Source: Sphingomonadaceae bacterium
Lineage (GTDB): Bacteria > Pseudomonadota > Alphaproteobacteria > Sphingomonadales > Sphingomonadaceae
Direction of reading: 5' to 3'
Assembly: GCA_009926135.1 (NCBI GenBank)
Contig: RFPL01000002.1
Location: forward strand, 251,285-315,284
DNA: 64,000 nucleotides
The position numbers were made by a program, and so were the translations under genes. The notes below the pieces were generated by a model, which was not told the DNA's origin, did no database searches, and was given only the letters and a program-made list of their open reading frames with translations. Positions 1 to 8,950 of the stretch are shown here, one piece after another. Positions within the stretch are counted from its first letter, which is position 1. Each line of letters starts with the position of its first letter.

Positions 1-539
1 CGCGCCTGGCGATTGCACTGGCTGCGGCCAGCGTTCTGGGAACCGGCGCCGCGGCAAAGACCAACCCGGTGGTTGGTGGCGCCGCGATGTATCCGACCCG
101 GACGATCGTTGAAAATGCGATCAATTCGAAGGATCATACCACCCTGGTTGCCGCAGTGAAGGCGGCGGGCCTCGTCGAAACGCTATCGAGCCCCGGCCCG
201 TTCACGGTCTTCGCGCCGACCAATGCCGCCTTCGCCAAGCTGCCTGCGGGTACGGTTGAGACATTGGTGAAGCCCGAGAACAAGGCAACGCTGACCACAA
301 TCCTGACTTATCACGTGGTTCCGGGACGCATCACTGCCCAGGACATCGCGGCGGCTGCCAAGCGCGGCGGCGGCAAGGCCACCTTTGTCACGGCCAGCGG
401 TGGCAAGCTGACGTTCTGGAAGAAGGGCATGGGCTGGCAGGTCCAGGATGCCAAAGGCAACTATGCCAACATCACCATCCCCAATGTCATGCAGTCCAAC
501 GGCGTGATCCACGTCATCGATACAGTGCTGCTGCCCTGA
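1..539 (+). CDS. Fasciclin (FAS1) domain secreted protein, 5' end cut by window edge
   Basis: The frame of ORF 69..539 stays open back to nt 3 and reads RLAIALAAASVLGTGAA, which is signal-peptide-like. FAS1-type motifs TVFAPTNAAFAKLP and LTYHVVPGRI are present. Confidence 0.85.
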   Translation, partial: RLAIALAAASVLGTGAAAKTNPVVGGAAMYPTRTIVENAINSKDHTTLVAAVKAAGLVETLSSPGPFTVFAPTNAAFAKLPAGTVETLVKPENKATLTTILTYHVVPGRITAQDIAAAAKRGGGKATFVTASGGKLTFWKKGMGWQVQDAKGNYANITIPNVMQSNGVIHVIDTVLLP

Positions 540-542
540 ACT

Positions 543-568
543 GCAGCCGGGCTGGCGGGCCCGGCTGC
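543..568 (+). terminator. Possible hairpin terminator after the fasciclin gene
   Basis: Perfect 10-bp inverted repeat GCAGCCGGGC (543-552) / GCCCGGCTGC (559-568) with a 6-nt loop, 4 nt after the stop. No T-tract follows. Confidence 0.3.
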
Positions 569-608
569 CCCTACTGAATTCCGACTTGATACTTGAATGG
601 AGGCTAAC

Positions 609-1415
609 ATGCGTAAACTACTCGCGCCGCTGGCGTGCGCCCTTGCCCTACCCGCTCCTGCCCTGGCGCAGGACACCTTCGACGGCTTCTATGCGGGGGT
701 CTCTGTTGGCTACACAGCCCTGCAGAACCGGGATGAAACCATCACCTTCGATCGCGGTTCGAACGGAAGCTTCGGCGAAACCGTGACGACCGCTGCTGGC
801 GCGAATGCGTTCTCCCCGGGCTTTTGCAGCGGTGCGGCAACTTCGGCCCAGAATGCTGATTGTCGAGAGGATTCCAATGGCGCGTCCTATCACCTGCGAC
901 TTGGCTACGACCGGCAGATGGGTGGCCTGGTGGTCGGTCTGGTCGGTGAAATCGGCAAGTCGAAGCTGCGTGACAGCGTCTCGGCCTTCAGCACGACCCC
1001 GGCGTTCTATACCATGACGCGCGAAGTCGATCTTGATGCTGCCCTGCGCCTACGCCTTGGTACGACACTGGGCGAAAAGACGCTGGCCTACGTCACCGGG
1101 GGCGGCACCTATGCGAAGCTGGATCACAGCTTCACGACCAGCAACACGGTGAACGCCTTCACCCTCCTTGGCGATGACCATGTCTGGGGCTGGCAAGCCG
1201 GGACCGGGCTGGAACGCCGCATCAGCAAGAACTTCGCGATCGGCGCGGAATATCTCTACAGCCGCTATAGCGACAACAATGCACTGGTGCGGGTTTCGCA
1301 GGGAACTGCCGGGGCGACCAATCCCTTCGTCCTTGCCGGCGGTGTCGACTTCAAGCGCGCCAGCGACCGCTTCGATCACCATTCGATGCGCATCGTTGCC
1401 AGCTACCGTTTCTAG
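609..1415 (+). CDS. Outer-membrane beta-barrel protein (OmpA-like/Omp25-type family)
   Basis: GGAGG at 599-603 precedes ATG 609. Signal peptide MRKLLAPLACALALPAPALA. Gly/aromatic-rich alternating strands and a terminal ASYRF. Confidence 0.8.
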   Translation: MRKLLAPLACALALPAPALAQDTFDGFYAGVSVGYTALQNRDETITFDRGSNGSFGETVTTAAGANAFSPGFCSGAATSAQNADCREDSNGASYHLRLGYDRQMGGLVVGLVGEIGKSKLRDSVSAFSTTPAFYTMTREVDLDAALRLRLGTTLGEKTLAYVTGGGTYAKLDHSFTTSNTVNAFTLLGDDHVWGWQAGTGLERRISKNFAIGAEYLYSRYSDNNALVRVSQGTAGATNPFVLAGGVDFKRASDRFDHHSMRIVASYRF

Positions 1416-1504
1416 AGGCCGCGTCTAGCAGGCGCGAATTGGGGAAGAAGGACCGGCAAGCGATCAGAGTGGCCGAAGCCGCCACCAAATTAGCGGCGAA
1501 GCGG

Positions 1505-1756
1505 TTAGTCGATCTGGCTGAACCGGTCCTTCAACCCGACCATGCCAAGCTCGTCGATGGCCTGTTGGCTGAACACCCTCGTGACCAGCTCAGCGATGGC
1601 GGCCTGCGTCTGGGAAATCCGGTCGATTGCCTGGAGTTCATCATGATAGCGGTTAGCGACGACCGGGTCCGAACAAAGCGCAAGGCCGAGCCTTTCGATC
1701 TCGTGACTTAGCTCGGCGAGGATGTTTCCAGCTGCGGCGTGGTGCTTCGCGCTCAT
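1505..1756 (-). CDS. Small helical protein of unknown family, last cistron of the che operon (CheT/CheZ-like candidate)
   Basis: 83 codons with GC3-rich usage. The ATG overlaps the cheW stop (ATGA, 1753-1756). Contains D45-RIS-Q49. Confidence 0.6.
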   Translation of the reverse strand: MSAKHHAAAGNILAELSHEIERLGLALCSDPVVANRYHDELQAIDRISQTQAAIAELVTRVFSQQAIDELGMVGLKDRFSQID

Positions 1757-2193
1757 GCGGCCTCGCGCTGGCTTTCGACGTCGCCCAGTTTAGTCAGGTC
1801 CAACACCATCACCATCTGCTCCTCGACTGCGGCCAGACCTTCAAGGAACGAAGCGATCGCGTCGCCGGCGATCGCGGTCGGCTGTTGCAGCGCATCGCCG
1901 GAAATGGTGACGATATCGCTGACCGACTCCACGATCAGGCCAAAGGCCTGACCGCCAAGTTGCGCCACAATGATGGCATGGCGCTGCGTTGCCTGGGTAG
2001 TCTCCCAGCCAAGCCGCGCTGCCAGATCGATGACCGGCAGAACCGCGCCGCGCAGATTGACGACGCCGGCGACATAGGCCGGAACGTTTGGCAGGCGCGT
2101 TACCGGCGACCAGGCCCGGATTTCACGGATGGCCATTATGTCGAGACCGAACAGCTGACCAGAGACTTCAAAAGTGATGAGTTCGCGATGCAT
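1753..2193 (-). CDS. cheW: Chemotaxis coupling protein CheW
   Basis: MHRELITFEVSGQLFGLDIMAIREI...VAGVVNLRGAVLPVIDLAARLG is a typical CheW domain. The ORF-track start at 2280 looks like an upstream extension, so ATG 2193 is chosen. Confidence 0.93.
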   Translation of the reverse strand: MHRELITFEVSGQLFGLDIMAIREIRAWSPVTRLPNVPAYVAGVVNLRGAVLPVIDLAARLGWETTQATQRHAIIVAQLGGQAFGLIVESVSDIVTISGDALQQPTAIAGDAIASFLEGLAAVEEQMVMVLDLTKLGDVESQREAA

Positions 2194-2216
2194 GGTTAGC
2201 CCCTTGGCTGCAAGGA

Positions 2217-2606
2217 TCAGTATGTGACGCGCCGCACGGCGGCGGCGAGCTTTTCCGGGTTGAAGGGTTTGACGATCCATCCGGTTGCCCCGGCCGCCCG
2301 GGCACGGGCACGCTTTTCTTCCGAACTTTCGGTGGTGAGCACGACGATCGGCCGGTTGCGGTGACTGGTATTGCCGCCGCGCAGCTGCTCGATCAGGCCA
2401 AAGCCATCAAGGCGCGGCATGTTGATATCGGTGATGACCAGATCGACCTCATTACCTTCAAGCCAATCAAGCGCGGCCAAGCCATCCTCGGCCTGGGCCA
2501 CCTCGAAGCCTTCCGCGCTGAGCGCATTGAGCAGCAGGGCGCGCATCGAGGCGCTGTCGTCGACGGTAAGAATGCGGGTGGGTTTGTTCATGACATCTGC
2601 CTTCAT
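2217..2606 (-). CDS. cheY: Chemotaxis response regulator CheY
   Basis: Single REC domain: ILTVDDSASMR, LVITDINMPRLDG, WIVKPF. The ATG overlaps the cheD stop by 1 nt (TGATG). ATG 2591 is an alternative start. Confidence 0.93.
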   Translation of the reverse strand: MKADVMNKPTRILTVDDSASMRALLLNALSAEGFEVAQAEDGLAALDWLEGNEVDLVITDINMPRLDGFGLIEQLRGGNTSHRNRPIVVLTTESSEEKRARARAAGATGWIVKPFNPEKLAAAVRRVTY

Positions 2607-3154
2607 CAGAACAGTTCGACATCGCCGCTAGCGGCCGGTGCACGCACGGATGGCGCAGGAGTTGGCGCCTGGGCGGGATCGACGGTCCGGCAACGCACCT
2701 GACCAAGTGCCGGACGAAATTCCACCCGCCGCGCCGACGTGCCGCCCAGATCTTCGCGCAAGAGCTCGATCCGCTCACGGATCAGGAAGCGACGGGCAAA
2801 TTCCGAATTCATGGTACCAATCCTCGCCATGCCGGAATGCATGTTCGCTCCGCCGTAAAGATGCGCGCGCAGGCGCGACTTGGCCGCGCCCTGGGCAATC
2901 ATTTCATTGATCAGCACTTCCATCAGGTAGACTCCGTAATGTTCATCCACCCCGGCAGCGCCTGGCCCCGGCTCGGCCAGCAGAAAGTGGTTCATGCCGC
3001 CGAGTTGGGCTTCGGGATCGAAAAGACAGGTCGCAACACAACTGCCAAGCACTGTGCTGAACAGGACACGCGGCCCTGCGCTGACCCGGGCCTGACCCTG
3101 CAACACGGTCAGCCGCATGACGGGCAGCGCGTTCGAGATTGGGGCATGGAGCAT
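2606..3154 (-). CDS. cheD: Chemoreceptor glutamine deamidase CheD
   Basis: LGSCVATCLFDPEAQLGGMNHFLL is a CheD signature. Start ATG 3154 lies 4 nt after the cheB stop; the longer track ORF would overlap cheB. Confidence 0.9.
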   Translation of the reverse strand: MLHAPISNALPVMRLTVLQGQARVSAGPRVLFSTVLGSCVATCLFDPEAQLGGMNHFLLAEPGPGAAGVDEHYGVYLMEVLINEMIAQGAAKSRLRAHLYGGANMHSGMARIGTMNSEFARRFLIRERIELLREDLGGTSARRVEFRPALGQVRCRTVDPAQAPTPAPSVRAPAASGDVELF

Positions 3155-3158
3155 GCGA

Positions 3159-4184
3159 TCAGGCCGCCTTTCGGAAGGTATGGCGGGCGATATGGTCAAT
3201 CGGGGAAACCACCCTGGCGGCTCCGAGGGCGATTGCAGCGCGAGGCATGCCGAAAACGGTGCAGGTCGCTTCGTCCTGGGCAATGGTATGGGCACCAGCA
3301 TTGGCCATGGCCAGCAAGCCGCGGGCGCCATCCGCACCCATCCCGGTCAGCAGGATGCCAACCGCTTTGGCACCGATGGTCTGGGCCACCGATTCAAACA
3401 AGACATCGGCGCTCGGCATATGGCCCGAAATCTGTGCGCCCTGGCGCAGCTTGATATACTGCCCGACCGAGCCGCCGACTGTCATGTGCCGGTCATCGCC
3501 CGGGGCAAGATAGATATGCCCCTTGCGCAGCGGCAGGTCCGACTGGGCCAGCATCACCGTGGCAGGGCAGACGGCGTTCAACGTCTCCGCAATGGCCGGG
3601 GCAAACCGGGCATTGACGTGCTGAACGATCAGCGTCGGCGGACAATCGGCCGGAAAATCACGCAACAGGATCTGCAAGGCCTCGACGCCGCCGGTCGAGG
3701 ATCCGACCGCGATTAACCGGGTGTCGTCCAGCATCACGTTGCGGCTGCTGGCAGAAAGCCGCTTCGCCACCGGCCAGCGATTGTTGAAGCGCACTTGCGA
3801 CGCTTCGCGGATCAGCGCGGCAAGTCGGCCATTGTCGTCCAGCGGCAGGCTGCCGGACCGATCAGCCTTGGCATAGCAATCGACCGCCCCCAGTGCGAGC
3901 GCCCGCGCAGTAACCGAGTTGCCCTCCTGGGTTGCCCCTGAAACGACAATGACCGGCGTCGGGCGCAGGGTCATGATCTTCTCGAGGAAATCGAGCCCGT
4001 TCATCCCGGGCATCTCGATATCGAGGGTGACCACGTCCGGGTTGAACCGCTTGATCAGCTCGCGTCCCTCGGCGGCATTGGCGGCAGTGCCAATTACCGA
4101 GATGTCGTCTTCGGCCGCCAACCGCGACATCAGGATGGCACGCATGGTGGGCGAATCGTCGATGATGAGAACGCGGATCGTCAT
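3159..4184 (-). CDS. cheB: Protein-glutamate methylesterase/deamidase CheB (REC + esterase)
   Basis: REC motifs (LIIDDSPTMR, TLDIEMPGMNG) plus an esterase domain with all three triad contexts: GSSTGG, LIVQHV, TGMGADG. Confidence 0.95.
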   Translation of the reverse strand: MTIRVLIIDDSPTMRAILMSRLAAEDDISVIGTAANAAEGRELIKRFNPDVVTLDIEMPGMNGLDFLEKIMTLRPTPVIVVSGATQEGNSVTARALALGAVDCYAKADRSGSLPLDDNGRLAALIREASQVRFNNRWPVAKRLSASSRNVMLDDTRLIAVGSSTGGVEALQILLRDFPADCPPTLIVQHVNARFAPAIAETLNAVCPATVMLAQSDLPLRKGHIYLAPGDDRHMTVGGSVGQYIKLRQGAQISGHMPSADVLFESVAQTIGAKAVGILLTGMGADGARGLLAMANAGAHTIAQDEATCTVFGMPRAAIALGAARVVSPIDHIARHTFRKAA

Positions 4185-5050
4185 CAGGCTTTCCTGCGAT
4201 AGATGGTGTGTCCGACGGGCTCGAGCAGACCGGTGGCAGGGCCAGTGACCCGTTCACTGTGGCCAATGTAGAGATGCCCGCCCGGGGCGAGCCGGGCCGC
4301 GAAGCGCGCGATCAGGCGCTCCTTCGTCGGGGTGTCGAAATAGATCATCACATTGCGGCAGAATATCACGTCGAACTGGGCCGCCATCGGCCAGTCCCCC
4401 AAGAGATTGAGCGAACGAAACCGCACCACGCTGCGGGCTTCAGCGGCAATTTCGACCTGGCCGTCGACTTCGTGCGTCCAGGCCCTGCGGAGCCCTTCAG
4501 GTACTTTGCGAAGTCCATCATCGTCGTACCTCGCCGCGCGGGCCTTGATGAGCGCGTGCGGAGCAATGTCGCTTGCCAGCACCCGGCCGTCCCGCTGAGC
4601 GATATGGCGGCCGGCCACCCGGTCCTCACCCAGCAAGGTCATCACCAGCGACCAGGTTTCCTCGCCGCTGGAGCAGCCGGCCGACCAGATCCGCACCGGG
4701 ATGTTGGCTTCAAGCCGGCTCAACAGTGTGGGCCGCACAGTTGCCGCGAAATGCTCGAAATGGTGTGCTTCGCGATAGAAATAGGTGTGGTTGGTGGTCA
4801 GCGCGAACACGGTCCGGTTGCGCTCGACCGCATCGTTCCGGATCAGCGTGACATAGTCCGAGAAGGTGCCGCAACCGCTTTCACGGACCAGCGGAGCGAT
4901 CCGCGAATAGACCAGCATCGACTTGCCGGCCGGCAGGACAATTCCGGCGGTATCATGGACGATCTCGGCGATTGCCCGAAAATCGTGCGCGCCATAGACC
5001 CCCGGGCTCACGCCGGGCATTTCGCTGGACAGGGCTGCCGCGATGTTCAC
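4184..5050 (-). CDS. cheR: Chemotaxis protein methyltransferase CheR
   Basis: YFYREAHHFEHF and IWSAGCSSGEETWSLVM are CheR SAM-methyltransferase motifs. GTG start overlaps the cheA stop (GTGA). Confidence 0.95.
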   Translation of the reverse strand: MNIAAALSSEMPGVSPGVYGAHDFRAIAEIVHDTAGIVLPAGKSMLVYSRIAPLVRESGCGTFSDYVTLIRNDAVERNRTVFALTTNHTYFYREAHHFEHFAATVRPTLLSRLEANIPVRIWSAGCSSGEETWSLVMTLLGEDRVAGRHIAQRDGRVLASDIAPHALIKARAARYDDDGLRKVPEGLRRAWTHEVDGQVEIAAEARSVVRFRSLNLLGDWPMAAQFDVIFCRNVMIYFDTPTKERLIARFAARLAPGGHLYIGHSERVTGPATGLLEPVGHTIYRRKA

Positions 5051-7134
5051 GCCGCCTCCGGCGTTGCAGCAGCGAGCATGGCACCGGCGACCAGACCTTC
5101 AACATCGAGGATCAGCGCGACCTGGCCATCGCCCAGGATCGTCGCCCCGGCCACGCCGTCGACGGCGCGGTAATTGGTATCGAGGCTCTTGATGACGAAC
5201 TGGCGTTGATCGCAAATCTCGTCGACCAGTAAGGCAGCCTGCCCGGCGCCTTCGGTATCGACCACCATCAGCACGCCCGGACCTTGTGCATTGGCCGGTA
5301 CGCCAATCGCCGCGCCGACCGGCACGATAGGCAGAAACCTACCCCGCACATTGAGCATGCGGCGATGAGCGCCCAGCCCCTTGATATCGTCATTGTCGGG
5401 ACGCAGGCTCTCAATCACATTGGCAAGCGGCACGACCAGCGTCTGCCCGCCAGCCTTGACGATCATTCCATCCGAGATGGCGAGCGTGAGCGGCAGGGTC
5501 AGGATGAAGTTCGTGCCGACCCCTTCGGTGCTCTCGATCGAAATGCGCCCGCCCAGCGCTTTGACGTTCTGCCGCACGACATCCATGCCGACACCGCGCC
5601 CCGAAATATTGGAAACGGTTTGCGCCGTGGAAAAGCCGGGCGCGAAGATCAGCATGTCGATCTCTTCGTTCGACAACTGCGCATCAGCTGCAATCAGGCC
5701 TTTTTCAACGGCCTTGGCGAGGACTCTTGCCCGGTTGATGCCCCGGCCATCGTCGGAAATGCGGATGAGGATGCGGCCTGATCGATGCTCCGCCGAAAAC
5801 CGCAGGGTGCCTTCGGCACTCTTGCCGACTGCCTCGCGTTCCGCAGGCGTCTCAATGCCGTGGTCGACCGCATTGCGCATCAGGTGCGTCAAAGGCTCGC
5901 CCAGTCGCTCGATCACGGTCTTGTCCAGCTCGGTGGCTTCTCCCGACAGTTCCAGCCTGACCTGCTTACCGGTCGAGGCGGTCAGTTCGCGCAGGATCCG
6001 CGGCAGCCGGCTGAACGCAGTGCCAATCGGCTGGGCGCGGATCGACATGGCGCTTTCCTGGATGTCGCGCACCAGTCCGTCGAGCAGCGCCAGTTCCTCA
6101 CCGGCCGAAACTTCGGTGCCGAGGCGTTGGGTCAGCATCGCCTGGGCGATGACCAGTTCGCCCACGGTGTTGATCAGCCGGTCAAGCTTGGTCAACTCTA
6201 CGCGAATTGTCTGCCCCCCGCCGGCGGTCGGCTGCGCCGCTGCCACCGGAAGCGCGGTCGCGCCTTCGCCCGAAGATCTGTGCGACGCATTGGTCGCCCC
6301 CGGCGCAGTCATGGCGATCTGCACTGCGGGCATCGCCGCGTCCGATCCCACGGCCAGTCCGCAATCGTCGCCGATGAATTCGAAGATGTCCCGGACAGTG
6401 CTTTCCGGGACGTTCGCAGGCACCTCGAAAGTCCAGCCAAGATAGCCCTGCGAGAGATCAAGTCGGTCGAGCGGTGGCACTGCGGTGTGGTCGCAACCGA
6501 TGCATCTTGCCCCGGTCCCGGCCAGTTCGCGCAGCAGCAGCAGCGGCTCGCCGCCATTGGTCATCGCGCCAGCGTGGGGACGCAGCCGAACGATCCAGCT
6601 AAGCTCTGGCTCTTCAGGCACGGTGTCACCCGAAATGTCGTCAAGCAGGGCATCCAGATCAAGACCGAAACCCATTTCGCTCTCGTCGGGGACGGGCGCC
6701 GGTTCCGCTGCAATCGCTGACGGAGCCGGTGGGTCATTTTGAATGGTCGTGCGAGCGCAGCAGGCCTGAGCCGCCGTCAGCTCTTCCAGCATGGCAGCGT
6801 CATCGGGCGCTTTGCCCTGCCCCCGCGCGGCCGTAACATGATCGCTCAGGATATCGAGTGCGCGCAGCATCAGTTCGATCAGGCGGTCGGTGAGCTGTAC
6901 CGATCCGTCGCGCACGTCGGACAGCAGCGTTTCGAAGCAGTGCGTGAAAGCCTGGAGCCCGACAAACCCGAAGGCCCCGGCACCGCCCTTGATCGAGTGG
7001 ACGCCCCGGAAGACGGCGTTGATCGTGTCGGCATCCTGTGTGCCGCACTGGCACGCCAGCAGTCCAGCTTCGGCGGCAGCCAGCGATTCCTCACATTCGA
7101 CGAAGAAGATCGCCTGGATTTCCTCGCTGGTCAT
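5047..7134 (-). CDS. cheA: Chemotaxis histidine kinase CheA
   Basis: HPt site FRGVHSIKGGAGAFG, HATPase_c region (DHGIE..., DDGRGI, GRGVGMDVV) and a C-terminal CheW-like domain. Confidence 0.97.
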   Translation of the reverse strand: MTSEEIQAIFFVECEESLAAAEAGLLACQCGTQDADTINAVFRGVHSIKGGAGAFGFVGLQAFTHCFETLLSDVRDGSVQLTDRLIELMLRALDILSDHVTAARGQGKAPDDAAMLEELTAAQACCARTTIQNDPPAPSAIAAEPAPVPDESEMGFGLDLDALLDDISGDTVPEEPELSWIVRLRPHAGAMTNGGEPLLLLRELAGTGARCIGCDHTAVPPLDRLDLSQGYLGWTFEVPANVPESTVRDIFEFIGDDCGLAVGSDAAMPAVQIAMTAPGATNASHRSSGEGATALPVAAAQPTAGGGQTIRVELTKLDRLINTVGELVIAQAMLTQRLGTEVSAGEELALLDGLVRDIQESAMSIRAQPIGTAFSRLPRILRELTASTGKQVRLELSGEATELDKTVIERLGEPLTHLMRNAVDHGIETPAEREAVGKSAEGTLRFSAEHRSGRILIRISDDGRGINRARVLAKAVEKGLIAADAQLSNEEIDMLIFAPGFSTAQTVSNISGRGVGMDVVRQNVKALGGRISIESTEGVGTNFILTLPLTLAISDGMIVKAGGQTLVVPLANVIESLRPDNDDIKGLGAHRRMLNVRGRFLPIVPVGAAIGVPANAQGPGVLMVVDTEGAGQAALLVDEICDQRQFVIKSLDTNYRAVDGVAGATILGDGQVALILDVEGLVAGAMLAAATPEAA

Positions 7135-7382
7135 GCCTCATCTCCGGCAAATAGCACGTCACTCAACCCGGTCAGGCCAGCCACCTCCCGCAGCGCGGCC
7201 GACGGAGTGATTAGCGCTCCGCCAAGCCGTGCACTGATCAGCAGTTGCAGCATGGCCTGGCTGATCTGCCCGGCCTGCGAACCGTCGATCCGGTGCGCCC
7301 CTGATCCTGCAGCAATCAGCTGACGCTGAAGATCAGTGGCGGCGCCCTGATCGCAACAGGCCGGCAGAGTGAAACTGGCCAT
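7131..7382 (-). CDS. Short STAS-domain protein (anti-sigma-antagonist fold) inside the che operon
   Basis: 83 aa: FTLPACCDQGAATDLQRQL...RIDGSQAGQISQAMLQLLISA matches the short STAS pattern. Its stop overlaps the cheA ATG (ATGA) and its start lies 2 nt after the MCP stop. Confidence 0.75.
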   Translation of the reverse strand: MASFTLPACCDQGAATDLQRQLIAAGSGAHRIDGSQAGQISQAMLQLLISARLGGALITPSAALREVAGLTGLSDVLFAGDEA

Positions 7383-7384
7383 GC

Positions 7385-8950
7385 TCAGAACTCGCTCCAG
7401 TCCTCGTCATCCTGACGCTTGAGCGCCAGATTGCCCGATACTGCCTGGGGGGCGCGCTTGCGGCTGCGGGTCGGCTGGTGGGCGAGAGGCACCACTGCTG
7501 CGAACGATTCTCCGCCCGTGCGGAAGCGTGAAACCATCTTGGTCAACTCGGACGCCTCTTCCGCCAGGCTGCGGGCGGCGGCGGTCGATTGCTCGACCAT
7601 TGCCGCGTTCTGCTGCGTCATCCGGTCCATCTCGCCCACAGCGCTGTTGATCTGGACCAGGTTCGCCGCCTGGTTCTCCGCCGAGGCAGCGATTTCGTTG
7701 ACCAGCGTGCTGGCTTCGCCGACGCGGGTCACGATCTTCTCAAGCACTGTTCCAGTCTCGCCGACCAGCGCCACGCCTTCGTCGACCTGGGCCGAGGAAG
7801 TGGTGATCAGGCCCTTGATGTCCTTGGCCGATGCTGCCGCGCGTTGCGCCAGGGCGCGAACTTCATTCGCAACGACCGCGAAGCCCTTGCCGGCATCACC
7901 GGCACGGGCCGCCTCGACCCCGGCGTTGAGTGCCAGCAGGTTGGTCTGGAAGGAGATCCCGTCGATCACGTCGATGATCTGGGTGATTTCCTGCGACGAC
8001 CGCTCGATCGCGCCCATTGCGGCGATCGCCCGGCGCACCACATTGCCGCCATCGGTCGCTTCGCGCTGGGCCTGCCCGATCGATTGCTGGACTTCAGAGG
8101 CGCTTTCCGCCGTGGCCTTCACCAGCCCGGTGACCTCATTCATCGCTGCCGCGGTTTCTTCAAGGCTGGCTGCCTGCTGTTCATTGCGCAAGGCAAGATC
8201 ATCGGACGCGGCGCGAATTTCCGATGCCCCGGTGCTGACCGAATCCGCGCCAGCGTTGACGGCCTTGATCGTCTCCGCGATCGCGGAAAGGGCCTCGTTG
8301 AAGTTGCGGCGCAGGCTGTCTGCTTCGCCAGGAAATGGTTCGTCAATCCGGTAGACCAGATCGTTTTCGGCCAGCTTGGCCAGGCCAAGGCTGATCGACT
8401 GAACGATTCTCTCTTGCACGGCGCGCGCTTGCTGCACCTGCTCGGCATTGTCCTTCGATGACGCCATCGCGGCGTTGAAGTTGCGGCGCAGGCTATCTGC
8501 TTCGCCGGGGAACGGCTCATCGATCGTATAGGACAGGTTGTTTTCAGCCAGGTTGGTCAGGCCCAGGCTAATCGATTGAACGATGCGTTCCTGGGCCGTC
8601 CGTGCCTGCTGAACCTCGACAATGTTGGCCTTGAAAGCGGACATCGCGGCAGTCATCCGGCCAACGCAATCGGCATGGTCGGTATACAGGATCGGGCTGT
8701 CCGTATCCCCCGCTGCCAGGGCCTCCATCCGCAACACCGTATTGACATAGGGCGTACAGATTTGCCGGGAGGCATAGAGGAGCATCGCCACTGTCATGGC
8801 GAACCCAGCTGCCGCGATTCCCATCAGCCATGATAGTCCGCCGGCATACCAGGTGGTGGCGACGCCAATCGCGGACAGTCCGGCCTGGACTGTCACCAGG
8901 AACCGGAATTTTTCCCGGATCGGTGCCACCTTGTAAAACCAGTTCAGCAT
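7385..8950 (-). CDS. Methyl-accepting chemotaxis protein; membrane hairpin, poly-HAMP, no periplasmic domain
   Basis: Conserved signalling hairpin region ([39 protein letters not shown]). Two adjacent N-terminal TM segments. C-terminal ...DEDWSEF. Confidence 0.95.
   Translation of the reverse strand: MLNWFYKVAPIREKFRFLVTVQAGLSAIGVATTWYAGGLSWLMGIAAAGFAMTVAMLLYASRQICTPYVNTVLRMEALAAGDTDSPILYTDHADCVGRMTAAMSAFKANIVEVQQARTAQERIVQSISLGLTNLAENNLSYTIDEPFPGEADSLRRNFNAAMASSKDNAEQVQQARAVQERIVQSISLGLAKLAENDLVYRIDEPFPGEADSLRRNFNEALSAIAETIKAVNAGADSVSTGASEIRAASDDLALRNEQQAASLEETAAAMNEVTGLVKATAESASEVQQSIGQAQREATDGGNVVRRAIAAMGAIERSSQEITQIIDVIDGISFQTNLLALNAGVEAARAGDAGKGFAVVANEVRALAQRAAASAKDIKGLITTSSAQVDEGVALVGETGTVLEKIVTRVGEASTLVNEIAASAENQAANLVQINSAVGEMDRMTQQNAAMVEQSTAAARSLAEEASELTKMVSRFRTGGESFAAVVPLAHQPTRSRKRAPQAVSGNLALKRQDDEDWSEF
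8261..8614 (-). repeat. Tandem in-frame duplication (2 x 177 nt, 59 aa) of a HAMP-like module within the MCP gene
   Basis: MCP residues 113-161 against 172-220: 41 of 49 aligned positions identical by my count. The nucleotide copies differ mostly at third positions. Confidence 0.85.

Noticed and set aside
1439-1711. 90-aa plus-strand ORF overlapping the 83-aa minus-strand gene
   Set aside because: The minus-strand ORF is translationally coupled to cheW (ATGA) and continues the operon. The plus ORF has no such context.
8261-8614. Tandem 177-nt repeat considered as a CRISPR, VNTR or assembly duplication
   Set aside because: There are only two copies, in frame inside the MCP gene. They have diverged mostly at synonymous positions and have no spacers. 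This is a coding domain duplication.
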